Of a DNA stretch of 64,000 nt, positions 28,169-36,466 are shown piece after piece. The translations under genes were made by a program, and so were the position numbers. Source of the stretch: an uncultured Treponema sp. (lineage in GTDB: Bacteria > Spirochaetota > Spirochaetia > Treponematales > Treponemataceae); NCBI GenBank assembly GCA_937916055.1, contig CALGHP010000065.1, positions 4,459 through 68,458 of the forward strand, written 5' to 3'. Under the pieces are notes generated by a model. The model made no database searches. It was not told where the DNA came from and was given only the letters and a program-made list of their open reading frames with translations. Numbering within the stretch: position 1 is the first letter of the stretch; the number at the start of each line of letters is the position of its first letter.

Positions 28169-28813
28169 TCACAGGAATTCCCTGAGTCCGTTCAGGGAGC
28201 CGCAGATTCTCCAGGCGAGTCTCCTCATCTCTTCTGACGGAGCGATTCTGTCCGGAATCATGACGGTCCGTATTCCGGCTGCGGCCGCGCTTCTGACTCC
28301 GTTCGGGCTGTCCTCCACGGCGGCGCAGAATTCCGGACCGAGATTCAGGGACCCGCAGGCCATCCTGTAGATTTCCGGATCCGGCTTGCTGTGGAGCACC
28401 GACTCTCCTGTAGTGAGCGTCTCGAAGAAGTCCAGGACGCCGGCGTTTCTGAGCTGCCGTCTTACGGTCTCTCCTTTTGTCGATGATGCGAGCGCAAGCC
28501 TGAATTTCGGCTTCAGGTATCCGAGGATTTCCAAGGCTCCCGGCTTGAGCGGAATTCCGTTTTTGTCCTCCTCTTCGTGGAACAGCGCGGATGTCCTTGT
28601 GACGAACCCGTCTGCGTCGAAATTCCTTCCGTAGATCTTGAACAGAATTTCCCTTGTGTCATGGAGATTCGTTCCCAGGCATGCCGCGGCGGTCTCCCTT
28701 ATCCTTGCCATTCCGAATTCGGCGCCGGCCTGCAGCCATGCCTTTTCGCATATTGTCTCCGAGTCAAGAATCACTCCGTCCATGTCGAAAATAACAGCCT
28801 TTGTTTCTTCCAT
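28169..28813 (-). CDS. HAD-superfamily hydrolase (beta-phosphoglucomutase-like subfamily)
   Basis: Motif I VIFDMDGVILDS and C-terminal EDSPNGVRSA. Start trimmed to the ATG at 28813. Confidence 0.85.
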   Translation of the reverse strand: MEETKAVIFDMDGVILDSETICEKAWLQAGAEFGMARIRETAAACLGTNLHDTREILFKIYGRNFDADGFVTRTSALFHEEEDKNGIPLKPGALEILGYLKPKFRLALASSTKGETVRRQLRNAGVLDFFETLTTGESVLHSKPDPEIYRMACGSLNLGPEFCAAVEDSPNGVRSAAAAGIRTVMIPDRIAPSEEMRRLAWRICGSLNGLREFL

Positions 28814-28878
28814 AATGGGATGGATTCTACACCAAGTCCGGGAGCGGAGACAACACCCGCTTCCTGTTCTGTTTTCTA

Positions 28879-28907
28879 TTGACAAAAAAGTTAGCTGTGA
28901 CTAATAT
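28879..28907 (+). promoter_or_regulatory. sigma70-type promoter TTGACA-17-TAATAT of the feo operon
   Basis: Consensus -35 at 28879-28884; -10 at 28902-28907. Confidence 0.6.
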
Positions 28908-28913
28908 ATGTAA

Positions 28914-28937
28914 AGGTTAGTTAAAAACAACTAACCT
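28914..28937. promoter_or_regulatory. perfect inverted repeat AGGTTAGTT-N6-AACTAACCT; candidate DtxR-family operator
   Basis: The half-site core AGGTTAG/CTAACCT equals the DtxR/IdeR box half-site. The repeat begins 7 nt after the -10, so it covers the expected transcription start. Confidence 0.55.
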
Positions 28938-28948
28938 GGGAGCTGACA

Positions 28949-29158
28949 ATGCCTTTGAATATGGTTGGTACGGGGGAGATGAATCTGATAAAGCGGATCG
29001 GCGGAAAGGAGGAGACCAGGCGTTTCCTTGAGAGCCTCGGCTTTGTTCCGGGCGCGCAGGTTTCCGTCGTGTCGTCGAATGCAGGAAACCTGATTGTCCA
29101 GATAAAGGAATCCAGGGTCGCCGTCAGTTCCGAGCTGGCGCAGAAAATTTACGTGTAG
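28949..29158 (+). CDS. feoA: FeoA-domain protein
   Basis: 69-aa SH3-like FeoA sequence (IKRIGGKEETRRFLESLGFVPGAQVSVV). Confidence 0.85.
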   Translation: MPLNMVGTGEMNLIKRIGGKEETRRFLESLGFVPGAQVSVVSSNAGNLIVQIKESRVAVSSELAQKIYV

Positions 29159-29187
29159 GCAAAATTATAGGAATTTTTGGAGGATTT

Positions 29188-29409
29188 ATGACATTACGAG
29201 AGGTCAAGACGGGACAGACCGTGAAGGTCCTGAGACTGAACGGCGAGGGTGCGGTGAAACGCCGCATCATGGACATGGGAATCACAAAAGGCATAGAGAT
29301 TTATGTTAGAAAAGTGGCTCCGCTCGGTGATCCGGTGGAAGTTACCGTCCGCGGATATGAGCTTTCAATCAGAAAGTCGGATGCGGAGCTTATAGAAGTA
29401 GGAGTGTGA
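29188..29409 (+). CDS. feoA: FeoA-domain protein (second copy)
   Basis: LREVKTGQTVKVLRL...RRIMDMGITKGIEIYV. Confidence 0.85.
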   Translation: MTLREVKTGQTVKVLRLNGEGAVKRRIMDMGITKGIEIYVRKVAPLGDPVEVTVRGYELSIRKSDAELIEVGV

Positions 29410-29413
29410 TGAG

Positions 29414-31552
29414 ATGATAAAGATTGCATTGGCCGGAAACCCGAATGCCGGCAAGACGACGCTTTTCAATGCGCTTACAGGCTCAAATCAGTTTGTGGGA
29501 AACTGGCCTGGAGTCACGGTGGAAAAGAAGGAAGGAAAGCTGAAGGGTCACACGGCCAAGGATGACGAGGTCGTGATAATGGATCTTCCGGGAATCTACT
29601 CGCTTTCTCCGTATACGCTTGAGGAGGTTGTGTCCCGTGAGTATCTGGTGAACGAGCGTCCGGACGCCATACTGAACATAATCGACGGAACGAACCTTGA
29701 GAGGAACCTCTATCTCACGACGCAGCTTGCCGAGCTGGGAATTCCGATGGTCGTCGCCGTGAATATGATGGATGTGGTCAGAAAGAACGGCGACAAGATT
29801 CATATTCAGGCGATGGAGAAGGCGCTCGGCTGTCCTGTGGTGGAGATTTCGGCGCTCAAGGGAACCGGATGCATCGAGGCTGCCGAGCTGGCCGTGAACT
29901 GTGCGAAGAGCGGAAGACCGATGCTGTATCAGCACCGTTTCGAGGGATGCGTCGAGCACGCCCTTGCCCATATAGAGGAGGCTACCGTCCATAACCTGCC
30001 GGAAGAGCAGCACAGGTGGTATTCAGTGAAGCTGTTTGAGCGTGACTCAAAGGTCATGGACAAGCTTAATCTGCCTGCCGATGTGCGCGGACATATCGAA
30101 AAGGATATCCAGTCCTGCGAGAAGGAGCTTGACGATGACAGCGAGAGCATCATAACGTCAGAGCGCTACAAATACATCGAGTCTATAATCAGAAGCTGCC
30201 TTACAAAGGCGAACAAGGAGAAGCTGTCCGTCTCCGACAAAATTGACCGTATCGTGACGAACCGCTGGCTCGCGCTTCCGATTTTCGCGCTTGTCATGTT
30301 CGTAGTCTACTATGTCTCCGTGACAACCGTCGGCTCGATTCTGACCGACTGGACGAACGACACCCTGTTCGGTGAGTGGATAATTCCCGCCGCCGCGTCT
30401 GGACTTGAGGCTGTCGGCTGCGCGCCGTGGCTTGAGGGGCTTCTTGTTGACGGCATAATAAGCGGTGTCGGCGCGGTTCTGGGATTCGTCCCTCAGATGC
30501 TTGTGCTCTTCATCTTCCTTGCATTCCTTGAGGCCTGCGGCTATATGGCCCGAATCGCGTTCATCATGGACCGCATTTTCAGGAAATTCGGACTTTCGGG
30601 TAAGTCGTTCATACCGATGCTGATAGGAACCGGCTGCGGTGTTCCGGGCATCATGGCGAGCCGCACGATTGAGAATGAGCGTGACCGCCGTATGACAATC
30701 ATGACGACCACGTTTATCCCCTGCGGCGCGAAGCTTCCTATAATCGCGCTTATAGCCGGCGCGCTTTTTGACGGCGCCTGGTGGGTTTCTCCGAGCGCGT
30801 ATTTTGTCGGAATAGCCGCGATAATCACTTCCGGAATCATACTCAAGAAGACGAAGATTTTCGAGGGAGAGGCGGCTCCTTTTGTCATGGAGCTTCCCGC
30901 ATACCACTGGCCGACAGTCGGGAATGTCCTCCGCTCAATGTGGGAGCGCGGCTGGTCGTTCATAAAGAAGGCCGGAACGATAATCCTTCTTTCTACAATA
31001 CTTGTGTGGTTCCTTCAGGGCTTCGGCGTTGAGAACGGAAGTTTCGGAATGGTCGAGGACATGAACAACAGCCTTCTTGCCAAATTCGGCTCGCTCATCG
31101 CCTGGATATTCGCTCCGCTCGGATGGGGCGACTGGAAGGCTGCGGTCGCGGCTCTGACAGGTCTTGTCGCCAAGGAGAACGTCGTCGGAACATTCGGAAT
31201 TCTCTACGGATTCGCCGAGGTCGCCGAGGACGGAGCCGAGATGTGGTCGCTGCTTGCGGGCAGCTTCACCTCATATTCCGCATATTCATTCCTGGTGTTC
31301 AATCTTCTGTGCGCGCCATGCTTCGCTGCGATCGGAGCCATCAAGCGCGAGATGAACAACGGAAAGTGGACGGCATTCGCAATCACATACCAGTGCGTGT
31401 TCGCTTATGTCGTGTCGCTCTGCATCTACCAGTACGGCAAGCTTTTCGCCGGCGGCGGATTCGGAGTCGGAACGGTTTTCGCGCTTATCCTTACGGCCGG
31501 ATTCCTTTATCTGCTGTTCCGCCCGGCAAAATCAAAGGCGGCCCTGCTTTAG
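29414..31552 (+). CDS. feoB: ferrous iron transporter FeoB
   Basis: N-terminal G-domain GNPNAGKTTLFNALTG, followed by a polytopic membrane domain. Confidence 0.95.
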   Translation: MIKIALAGNPNAGKTTLFNALTGSNQFVGNWPGVTVEKKEGKLKGHTAKDDEVVIMDLPGIYSLSPYTLEEVVSREYLVNERPDAILNIIDGTNLERNLYLTTQLAELGIPMVVAVNMMDVVRKNGDKIHIQAMEKALGCPVVEISALKGTGCIEAAELAVNCAKSGRPMLYQHRFEGCVEHALAHIEEATVHNLPEEQHRWYSVKLFERDSKVMDKLNLPADVRGHIEKDIQSCEKELDDDSESIITSERYKYIESIIRSCLTKANKEKLSVSDKIDRIVTNRWLALPIFALVMFVVYYVSVTTVGSILTDWTNDTLFGEWIIPAAASGLEAVGCAPWLEGLLVDGIISGVGAVLGFVPQMLVLFIFLAFLEACGYMARIAFIMDRIFRKFGLSGKSFIPMLIGTGCGVPGIMASRTIENERDRRMTIMTTTFIPCGAKLPIIALIAGALFDGAWWVSPSAYFVGIAAIITSGIILKKTKIFEGEAAPFVMELPAYHWPTVGNVLRSMWERGWSFIKKAGTIILLSTILVWFLQGFGVENGSFGMVEDMNNSLLAKFGSLIAWIFAPLGWGDWKAAVAALTGLVAKENVVGTFGILYGFAEVAEDGAEMWSLLAGSFTSYSAYSFLVFNLLCAPCFAAIGAIKREMNNGKWTAFAITYQCVFAYVVSLCIYQYGKLFAGGGFGVGTVFALILTAGFLYLLFRPAKSKAALL

Positions 31553-31602
31553 GCGCTGCGCTCACGGAACGCCGCGTACACTGGCTTTTTACGGAGGAAA
31601 AA

Positions 31603-31773
31603 ATGGCTACATTTGTAATATCAGCTGTACTGCTTGCTGTCGTTGTCCTTATAATCCGTTCGATGGTCAGGCAGAGGAGACGCCCTGGTGCGGCCGGAGG
31701 ATGTGCCGGCTGCTGCGCCTCCTGCGCCGGGCATTGTCCGTCATGCGGTTCCGGCGGAGTCAGGCGGAAATAG
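31603..31773 (+). CDS. FeoB-associated Cys-rich small membrane protein (56 aa; below the ORF-track size cut-off)
   Basis: MATFVISAVLLAVVVLIIRSMV...GGCAGCCASCAGHCPSCGSGG. GGAGGA lies 4 nt upstream of the ATG. This is the 3' part of the artefactual ORF 31123..31773. Confidence 0.75.
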   Translation: MATFVISAVLLAVVVLIIRSMVRQRRRPGAAGGCAGCCASCAGHCPSCGSGGVRRK

Positions 31774-31811
31774 GGATATTTCCTGCTGGAGAATTTAATT
31801 TGCTGTAATAT

Positions 31812-31847
31812 ACGGATGTGCCCCTGAAGGCGCATCCGTTTTTTTTC
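31812..31847. terminator. rho-independent terminator after the feo operon
   Basis: ACGGATG(31812-31818)...CATCCGT(31833-31839), followed by a T-run to 31847. Abuts the stop of the convergent ABC-F gene. Confidence 0.8.
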
Positions 31848-33742
31848 TACATCCGCTCGGCAAGCTCGGCCCATCGCTCGTATTTCTGCTCAAGCTCCTG
31901 GACAAGGATCCTGTACTCCTCCGCGGCTTTTGCCGTTTTTCCGTAGTCACCGCTTTCCATCGTTTTCTCAAGCTCCGTCTTCCTTGCCTCAAGGACAGCT
32001 ATTCCGGCTTCCAGATCGGAAAATTCCTTCTGCTCGGCAAAGGAGAGCTTCCTGGACGCCGCTTTCTTCTCAGGCTCCTTCCTGTCTTCGTGTCTGCCCG
32101 CGCGCTCCGCCCTTTCTCTCTCCGCCTGAGCCTCGCGCCTGTATTCTATGTATTCCGAGCATTTGCCGGCGAATCCGCTGACCGATCCGTCGTCCTCAAG
32201 GATGAACAGCGAGTCCGCCGTCTTGTCCATAAAGTATCTGTCGTGGCTGACCACAAGAAGACAGCCCTCATACTCAGACAGGAATTTCTCAAGGATGTTC
32301 ATGGTGAAGATGTCGAAGTCGTTTGTCGGCTCGTCAAGAATCAGAAAATTCGGATTGGAAAGCAGCAGCCTCACAAGAAACAGCTTCTTGCGCTCTCCTC
32401 CGCTCAGCGTGCTTACCGGAGAATGCTGTATTTTTCCGGAGAAGCCGAATTCCTCAAGAAATTTTGACGCGCTTATGTTCTTTCCGCTGTTCATCGTCAT
32501 CTGCTCTGCGCTTTCCCTGATATATTCAAGTACGGTCAGCGATGTGTCGGCGAATACGGGATTCTGCATATAGTATCCGAACGATGTGTTCACGCCGGTC
32601 TCTATGCTGCCTGAGTCGGGAGCTGCCGTTCCCGTGATGATGTCGAGCAGCGTGGATTTTCCGGACCCGTTGCCGCCGAAAATTCCGATTTTCTGTCCTT
32701 TCGTGAAGGTGTATGAGAAATCCTTTATGACCGGAACAGCGGGGCCGTGCGCGTCCGCGGAGGCCTTGGGATAGTTCTTTGAGATTCCGTGAAGCGTCAG
32801 GACTTTTCCTCCAAGCCGCCGTCCCTTCACCTCAAATGAGAATTCCCTGTCGGCCTGGAATTTCTCCCGTCCGATGAGCTGCATGTCGCGTTGGATTCTT
32901 GACTTTGACTTGGTTCCGCGGGCGCATGGACCGCGCATAAGCCAGTCACGTTCGAACCTGAGCACGGATTCTATCCTGCGCTCGGTGTTGCGCTCTATTT
33001 CCAGCTCGGTCTCCTTTTTCTCAAGGTAGCTGCTGTAGTTTCCCTTGTAGAATCTGACGGTTCCGCGCGCCAGCTCATAGATGCTCCCGCAGACGGCATC
33101 CAGAAAATACCTGTCATGCGTCACCATAAGGACCGCCCTGTCCGTGTTCTTCAGATAGTCCTGAAGCCATGCGATTGTGGTCATGTCAAGGTGGTTTGTC
33201 GGCTCGTCAAGGAGGAGAAGCCGCGTGTCCTCGACGAGGACCTGCGCGAGCGCGACTTTCTTCGTCATTCCGCCGGAAAGCTCGCCCATCCTGCGTCCGA
33301 GATCCGTTATTCCGAGCGTCGTGAGAACTGATGCTATCTGGGACTCGTAGTTCCACAGATCCCGCCGGTCCATCTCGGCGGTCACTTTTTCGTATCTTTC
33401 GGCCTTCTCCTTGTTTCCGAGGTCTCCGCACAGATCAAGATATTCCTTTATAAGCTCAAGCTTGCCCGAGCAGCCGGAGAATATATGCTCCTTTATCGTG
33501 TCGTCAGGTTTGAATTCCGGCGTCTGGGGAAGAAATGATATTCCCGCGCTCCGGCTTGTAACTACGGTTCCTTCGTCCGGCGGCAGAATTCCCGCTATCG
33601 TCCTCAGCATCGTGGATTTTCCCGTTCCGTTCCTTCCTATCAGGGCGGCCTTTTCGCCTTCCTGCAGCCCGAACGTAACGCCGGCGAAAAGGGGTTTTTC
33701 CCTGCCGATCTTTGAGAGATTGTTTATTGAAAGGAGATTCAT
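31847..33742 (-). CDS. ABC-F family ATPase (two ABC cassettes, no membrane domain)
   Basis: Two Walker A motifs (GRNGTGKST, GGNGSGKST) and two LSGG signatures. C-terminal coiled coil. Start trimmed to MNLLSINNLSK. Confidence 0.9.
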   Translation of the reverse strand: MNLLSINNLSKIGREKPLFAGVTFGLQEGEKAALIGRNGTGKSTMLRTIAGILPPDEGTVVTSRSAGISFLPQTPEFKPDDTIKEHIFSGCSGKLELIKEYLDLCGDLGNKEKAERYEKVTAEMDRRDLWNYESQIASVLTTLGITDLGRRMGELSGGMTKKVALAQVLVEDTRLLLLDEPTNHLDMTTIAWLQDYLKNTDRAVLMVTHDRYFLDAVCGSIYELARGTVRFYKGNYSSYLEKKETELEIERNTERRIESVLRFERDWLMRGPCARGTKSKSRIQRDMQLIGREKFQADREFSFEVKGRRLGGKVLTLHGISKNYPKASADAHGPAVPVIKDFSYTFTKGQKIGIFGGNGSGKSTLLDIITGTAAPDSGSIETGVNTSFGYYMQNPVFADTSLTVLEYIRESAEQMTMNSGKNISASKFLEEFGFSGKIQHSPVSTLSGGERKKLFLVRLLLSNPNFLILDEPTNDFDIFTMNILEKFLSEYEGCLLVVSHDRYFMDKTADSLFILEDDGSVSGFAGKCSEYIEYRREAQAERERAERAGRHEDRKEPEKKAASRKLSFAEQKEFSDLEAGIAVLEARKTELEKTMESGDYGKTAKAAEEYRILVQELEQKYERWAELAERM

Positions 33743-33748
33743 GCGCGG

Positions 33749-33757
33749 ATTATAGCA
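33749..33757 (-). promoter_or_regulatory. extended -10 box TGCTATAAT, 6 nt upstream of the ABC-F ATG, lying in the loop of an 8-bp inverted repeat
   Basis: Minus strand reads GCGCGGAT-TTATGCTATA-ATCCGCGC-ATG. Confidence 0.45.
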
Positions 33758-33795
33758 TAAATCCGCGCCGTCAGCCATAAGGCGTCAGTCGAATG

Positions 33796-35076
33796 TCAGT
33801 CGAATATCTTTTTCCGCCACTCGCTCTCGAATTCCTCAATCGGCGGGCAACCGTCAGTTCCGTCCGTTCTTACCGCCGCGCCGATGTACGGCTCCACGAC
33901 CGTCGTCCTGTAGCTGTTCCATTTCGGCGGAAGCTCCTGCGGCGGCTCCAGCATCTGGGCCGGAGGAAGATTCGAGAGAAGGCGCGTGTAGTACACCGGC
34001 AGAATCTGTTCTGTGACCTCGCGCACTGCGGAGAATCCTCCTGCGATTCCGAACAGCTCCGTGTCCAGGCGCAGGGCGCTTTTCCGCTCAAGCAGCGCCT
34101 TCTGTGTCTCCGCGCTGAAAAACCATGCCAGGAATTCAGTCGCGCCCGGCTGGTTCTCCGTGTCCCTGTATATTCCCATCGTCATGAAGCTGTCCTCAAG
34201 CGGAATCGACATCCCGTCGGAAATCCATCTGTAGTCAAGCTCCGTATCCTGATCGGACATAATCTTGAAGAGCCGGTCGCTGGTTGTGTAGGCGAAGAGA
34301 GTTCTTCCCGATGTGACCTTTCTGTAGTCCGGCATGAAGAGGTATTTGAATGCGAAGTCCTCCTCCTCCTGCGCGGACGAATTCTCGCCGTTGACCCAGC
34401 TCCTTATGAACTGCACCGACGAGTCAAGCCTTTCGCCGTCCCAGACAATCCTGTTTTTTTCGCTGCGGAATGCGGCTCCCTGAATTTTCGCCGTAAAATA
34501 CAGGAAGCTGCTGTCGCTCAGCGGTGAGAATCCTATCCGCGTGAATGCGCCGTTCCTGTTTTTCCTGTTGAATTCAGAGGCCGTAAGGCGGATCTCGTCA
34601 AGCGTCATGAAATAGTCCTGGCGGACAAGCTCCCTGTTCGAGTCCGAGAATATCACGGCCGGCAGGCTGAAGCTGACAGGAAGGAGATACTGGGACATTC
34701 CGACCTTGCCGGAGTCAAGAAGGGGAGTGTAGAAGCTGGCGGAGACGATGCGCCTGCGGTCGAACATATAGTCGAGCGGCTTGAAATTCCTTGCGGTCGA
34801 GTCTGTCCTGAGCCACGAGCCTGCGATTATGTCCGGAGGCATCTCATCCTTTGCTGGAGGCAGCGAATCCGCCGGATTCTGCTTGTACACCAGAACCGCC
34901 TGGATGTCGTCGTGCGTGCTGTTGAAGAGTTCTATGTACTGCGCGAATTCTCCGCAGCTTGACCATATCACAATCCTTCTGCCGCTGTTTCCGCATGATG
35001 AAAGAAGGACAGCGGCGGTCAGAGCCGTCAGCACGGCGGAGAATTTTTTACGGATTTCAGCCACGCGCAAGCTCAT
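33796..35076 (-). CDS. lipoprotein resembling an ABC-type extracellular solute-binding protein (no cognate permease in window)
   Basis: Lipobox LLSSCGN. SBP-like N-terminus (RIVIWSS...). Overlaps the upstream aminotransferase gene by 20 nt. Confidence 0.6.
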   Translation of the reverse strand: MSLRVAEIRKKFSAVLTALTAAVLLSSCGNSGRRIVIWSSCGEFAQYIELFNSTHDDIQAVLVYKQNPADSLPPAKDEMPPDIIAGSWLRTDSTARNFKPLDYMFDRRRIVSASFYTPLLDSGKVGMSQYLLPVSFSLPAVIFSDSNRELVRQDYFMTLDEIRLTASEFNRKNRNGAFTRIGFSPLSDSSFLYFTAKIQGAAFRSEKNRIVWDGERLDSSVQFIRSWVNGENSSAQEEEDFAFKYLFMPDYRKVTSGRTLFAYTTSDRLFKIMSDQDTELDYRWISDGMSIPLEDSFMTMGIYRDTENQPGATEFLAWFFSAETQKALLERKSALRLDTELFGIAGGFSAVREVTEQILPVYYTRLLSNLPPAQMLEPPQELPPKWNSYRTTVVEPYIGAAVRTDGTDGCPPIEEFESEWRKKIFD

Positions 35077-36355
35077 CGGCCGCTTCGTATATGGCGGAAT
35101 AGACCTCGTCTATTTTGTCCTCGTCAATGCTGCTGAATGCGACGCGGAATGTCTTTGAGTCTATGGCGATGGCTCCTATTCCTTTTTCGGAGAGCAGCTT
35201 TTTTCTGAGGGCTTCCGCGTCGATTCCGTTCATCACGAAACTCATGAAATATCCCGAATTGAACGGAAGCGGCGTGAGCGCGGAGGAGCTGTGTGTCCGG
35301 ACGAAATTCTTCACCCTGTCGTAGCGTCTTTTCAGAACCGCCCGAAGTTCCGCCTTCTCGCTGTCATGGGACGGATCCCTGAACGCATGGAGGATGAGCG
35401 ACTGCGACGGCGTTGAGCTGCATGATACGGAGGACCTTATCACCGCGGCGAATTTAGTCTGCAGCGCCGCGTACTGTGCGTCTGTCATTCCTTTTGAGGC
35501 GAATGTTATGAATCCGCACCTGAATCCCCAGGCGAAGTCCTCTTTTGTGGGACCGTCAGCCTTGACCGCAAGTATGTTCTCGTGCATATCTGCAAAGTAG
35601 GCGAAAAGTGACTGCGGCTCTATGTCATCCTCGTAGTCAAGTCCGAAATATGCGTCGTCGCTGAGCACAAGAACCTTGGCGCCTTTTTCGGCGATTGTCC
35701 TGACGATGGCGCAGATTTCCTTCGCCTCGTCCTTTGTCGGGCTGTATCCGGACGGATTCTGCGGAAAATTCAGAAGGACGCGGATGGAGCCGTATCTTTC
35801 TGCGTCACGCTCAAGGGTTTTCCTGAAGTCTTCCGTGTTGAATTTTCCTCCGTCAAAGCATTTGAACTGATGGAATTCAGCTCCGCGCCTGGCGGCGGTT
35901 ATAAGCTCGTAGTTGTCCCAGCATGGGTCGGCAGTGACGAGCGGCTTGTCCGCATCCACAAAAAGATCCGCTATGTACGAAAGCGCGGCGGTAAGTCCGG
36001 GGACAAGAATCGGAAGCGAGAATTTTTTGCCTTCCAGCGCCGGATTCTTCTGCAGTATCTTGTCCTTCCAGAGCTGGCGCAGCTCCGGATTTCCTGCGGT
36101 CTTGGCATAGGCGACCGTCTCCTGCGGCGTGAAATCAGGGATGTTCTTCTTTATCGATGAGAGCTCGGCCGGAATTCCGTTCACAACGGCCATTCCAATC
36201 GTTCCGTTCGCAAGGTGGGCGTTCTTTGCGGCCTCTCCTCCCTGCGCTATTATTCCGTTCGGAAAGTACATTCTTGTTCCGAGATCGGACATGAGCTGTC
36301 CGGCCGTTGAACCCGCCAAAATTTCATTCAGTTCTTGAGCTAAGGGATTTAACAT
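35057..36355 (-). CDS. class I/II PLP-dependent aminotransferase
   Basis: NFPQNPSGYSP motif and a PLP-lysine region (GPTKEDFAWGFRCGF). Confidence 0.85.
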   Translation of the reverse strand: MLNPLAQELNEILAGSTAGQLMSDLGTRMYFPNGIIAQGGEAAKNAHLANGTIGMAVVNGIPAELSSIKKNIPDFTPQETVAYAKTAGNPELRQLWKDKILQKNPALEGKKFSLPILVPGLTAALSYIADLFVDADKPLVTADPCWDNYELITAARRGAEFHQFKCFDGGKFNTEDFRKTLERDAERYGSIRVLLNFPQNPSGYSPTKDEAKEICAIVRTIAEKGAKVLVLSDDAYFGLDYEDDIEPQSLFAYFADMHENILAVKADGPTKEDFAWGFRCGFITFASKGMTDAQYAALQTKFAAVIRSSVSCSSTPSQSLILHAFRDPSHDSEKAELRAVLKRRYDRVKNFVRTHSSSALTPLPFNSGYFMSFVMNGIDAEALRKKLLSEKGIGAIAIDSKTFRVAFSSIDEDKIDEVYSAIYEAADELARG

Positions 36356-36363
36356 GATTCGTA

Positions 36364-36392
36364 ATTATTCTAAATTGAGCCGATATTGTCAA
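36364..36392 (-). promoter_or_regulatory. sigma70-type promoter TTGACA-17-AATAAT, 8 nt upstream of the ATG at 36355
   Basis: Minus strand reads TTGACA(36392-36387)...AATAAT(36369-36364)-TACGAATC-ATG. No SD. Confidence 0.5.
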
Positions 36393-36466
36393 TATTTGGC
36401 GGAAAGCCGCGGGAACTGAAAATTCCGCGGCGGAATGTCCTCTTTTCCGTTTTCCGCCGGGTTCTT

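Noticed and set aside
31123-31602. 5' two-thirds of the listed 216-aa ORF overlapping feoB out of frame
   Set aside because: Only the last 56 codons (from the ATG at 31603, with its own GGAGGA) look genuine. The upstream part is an Arg-rich out-of-frame read of feoB.
36379-36386. GCCGATAT resembling a sigma28 -10 element
   Set aside because: No TAAA lies at the required 15-nt spacing, and no plus-strand gene lies downstream. On the other strand the region is explained by a TTGACA -35 box.
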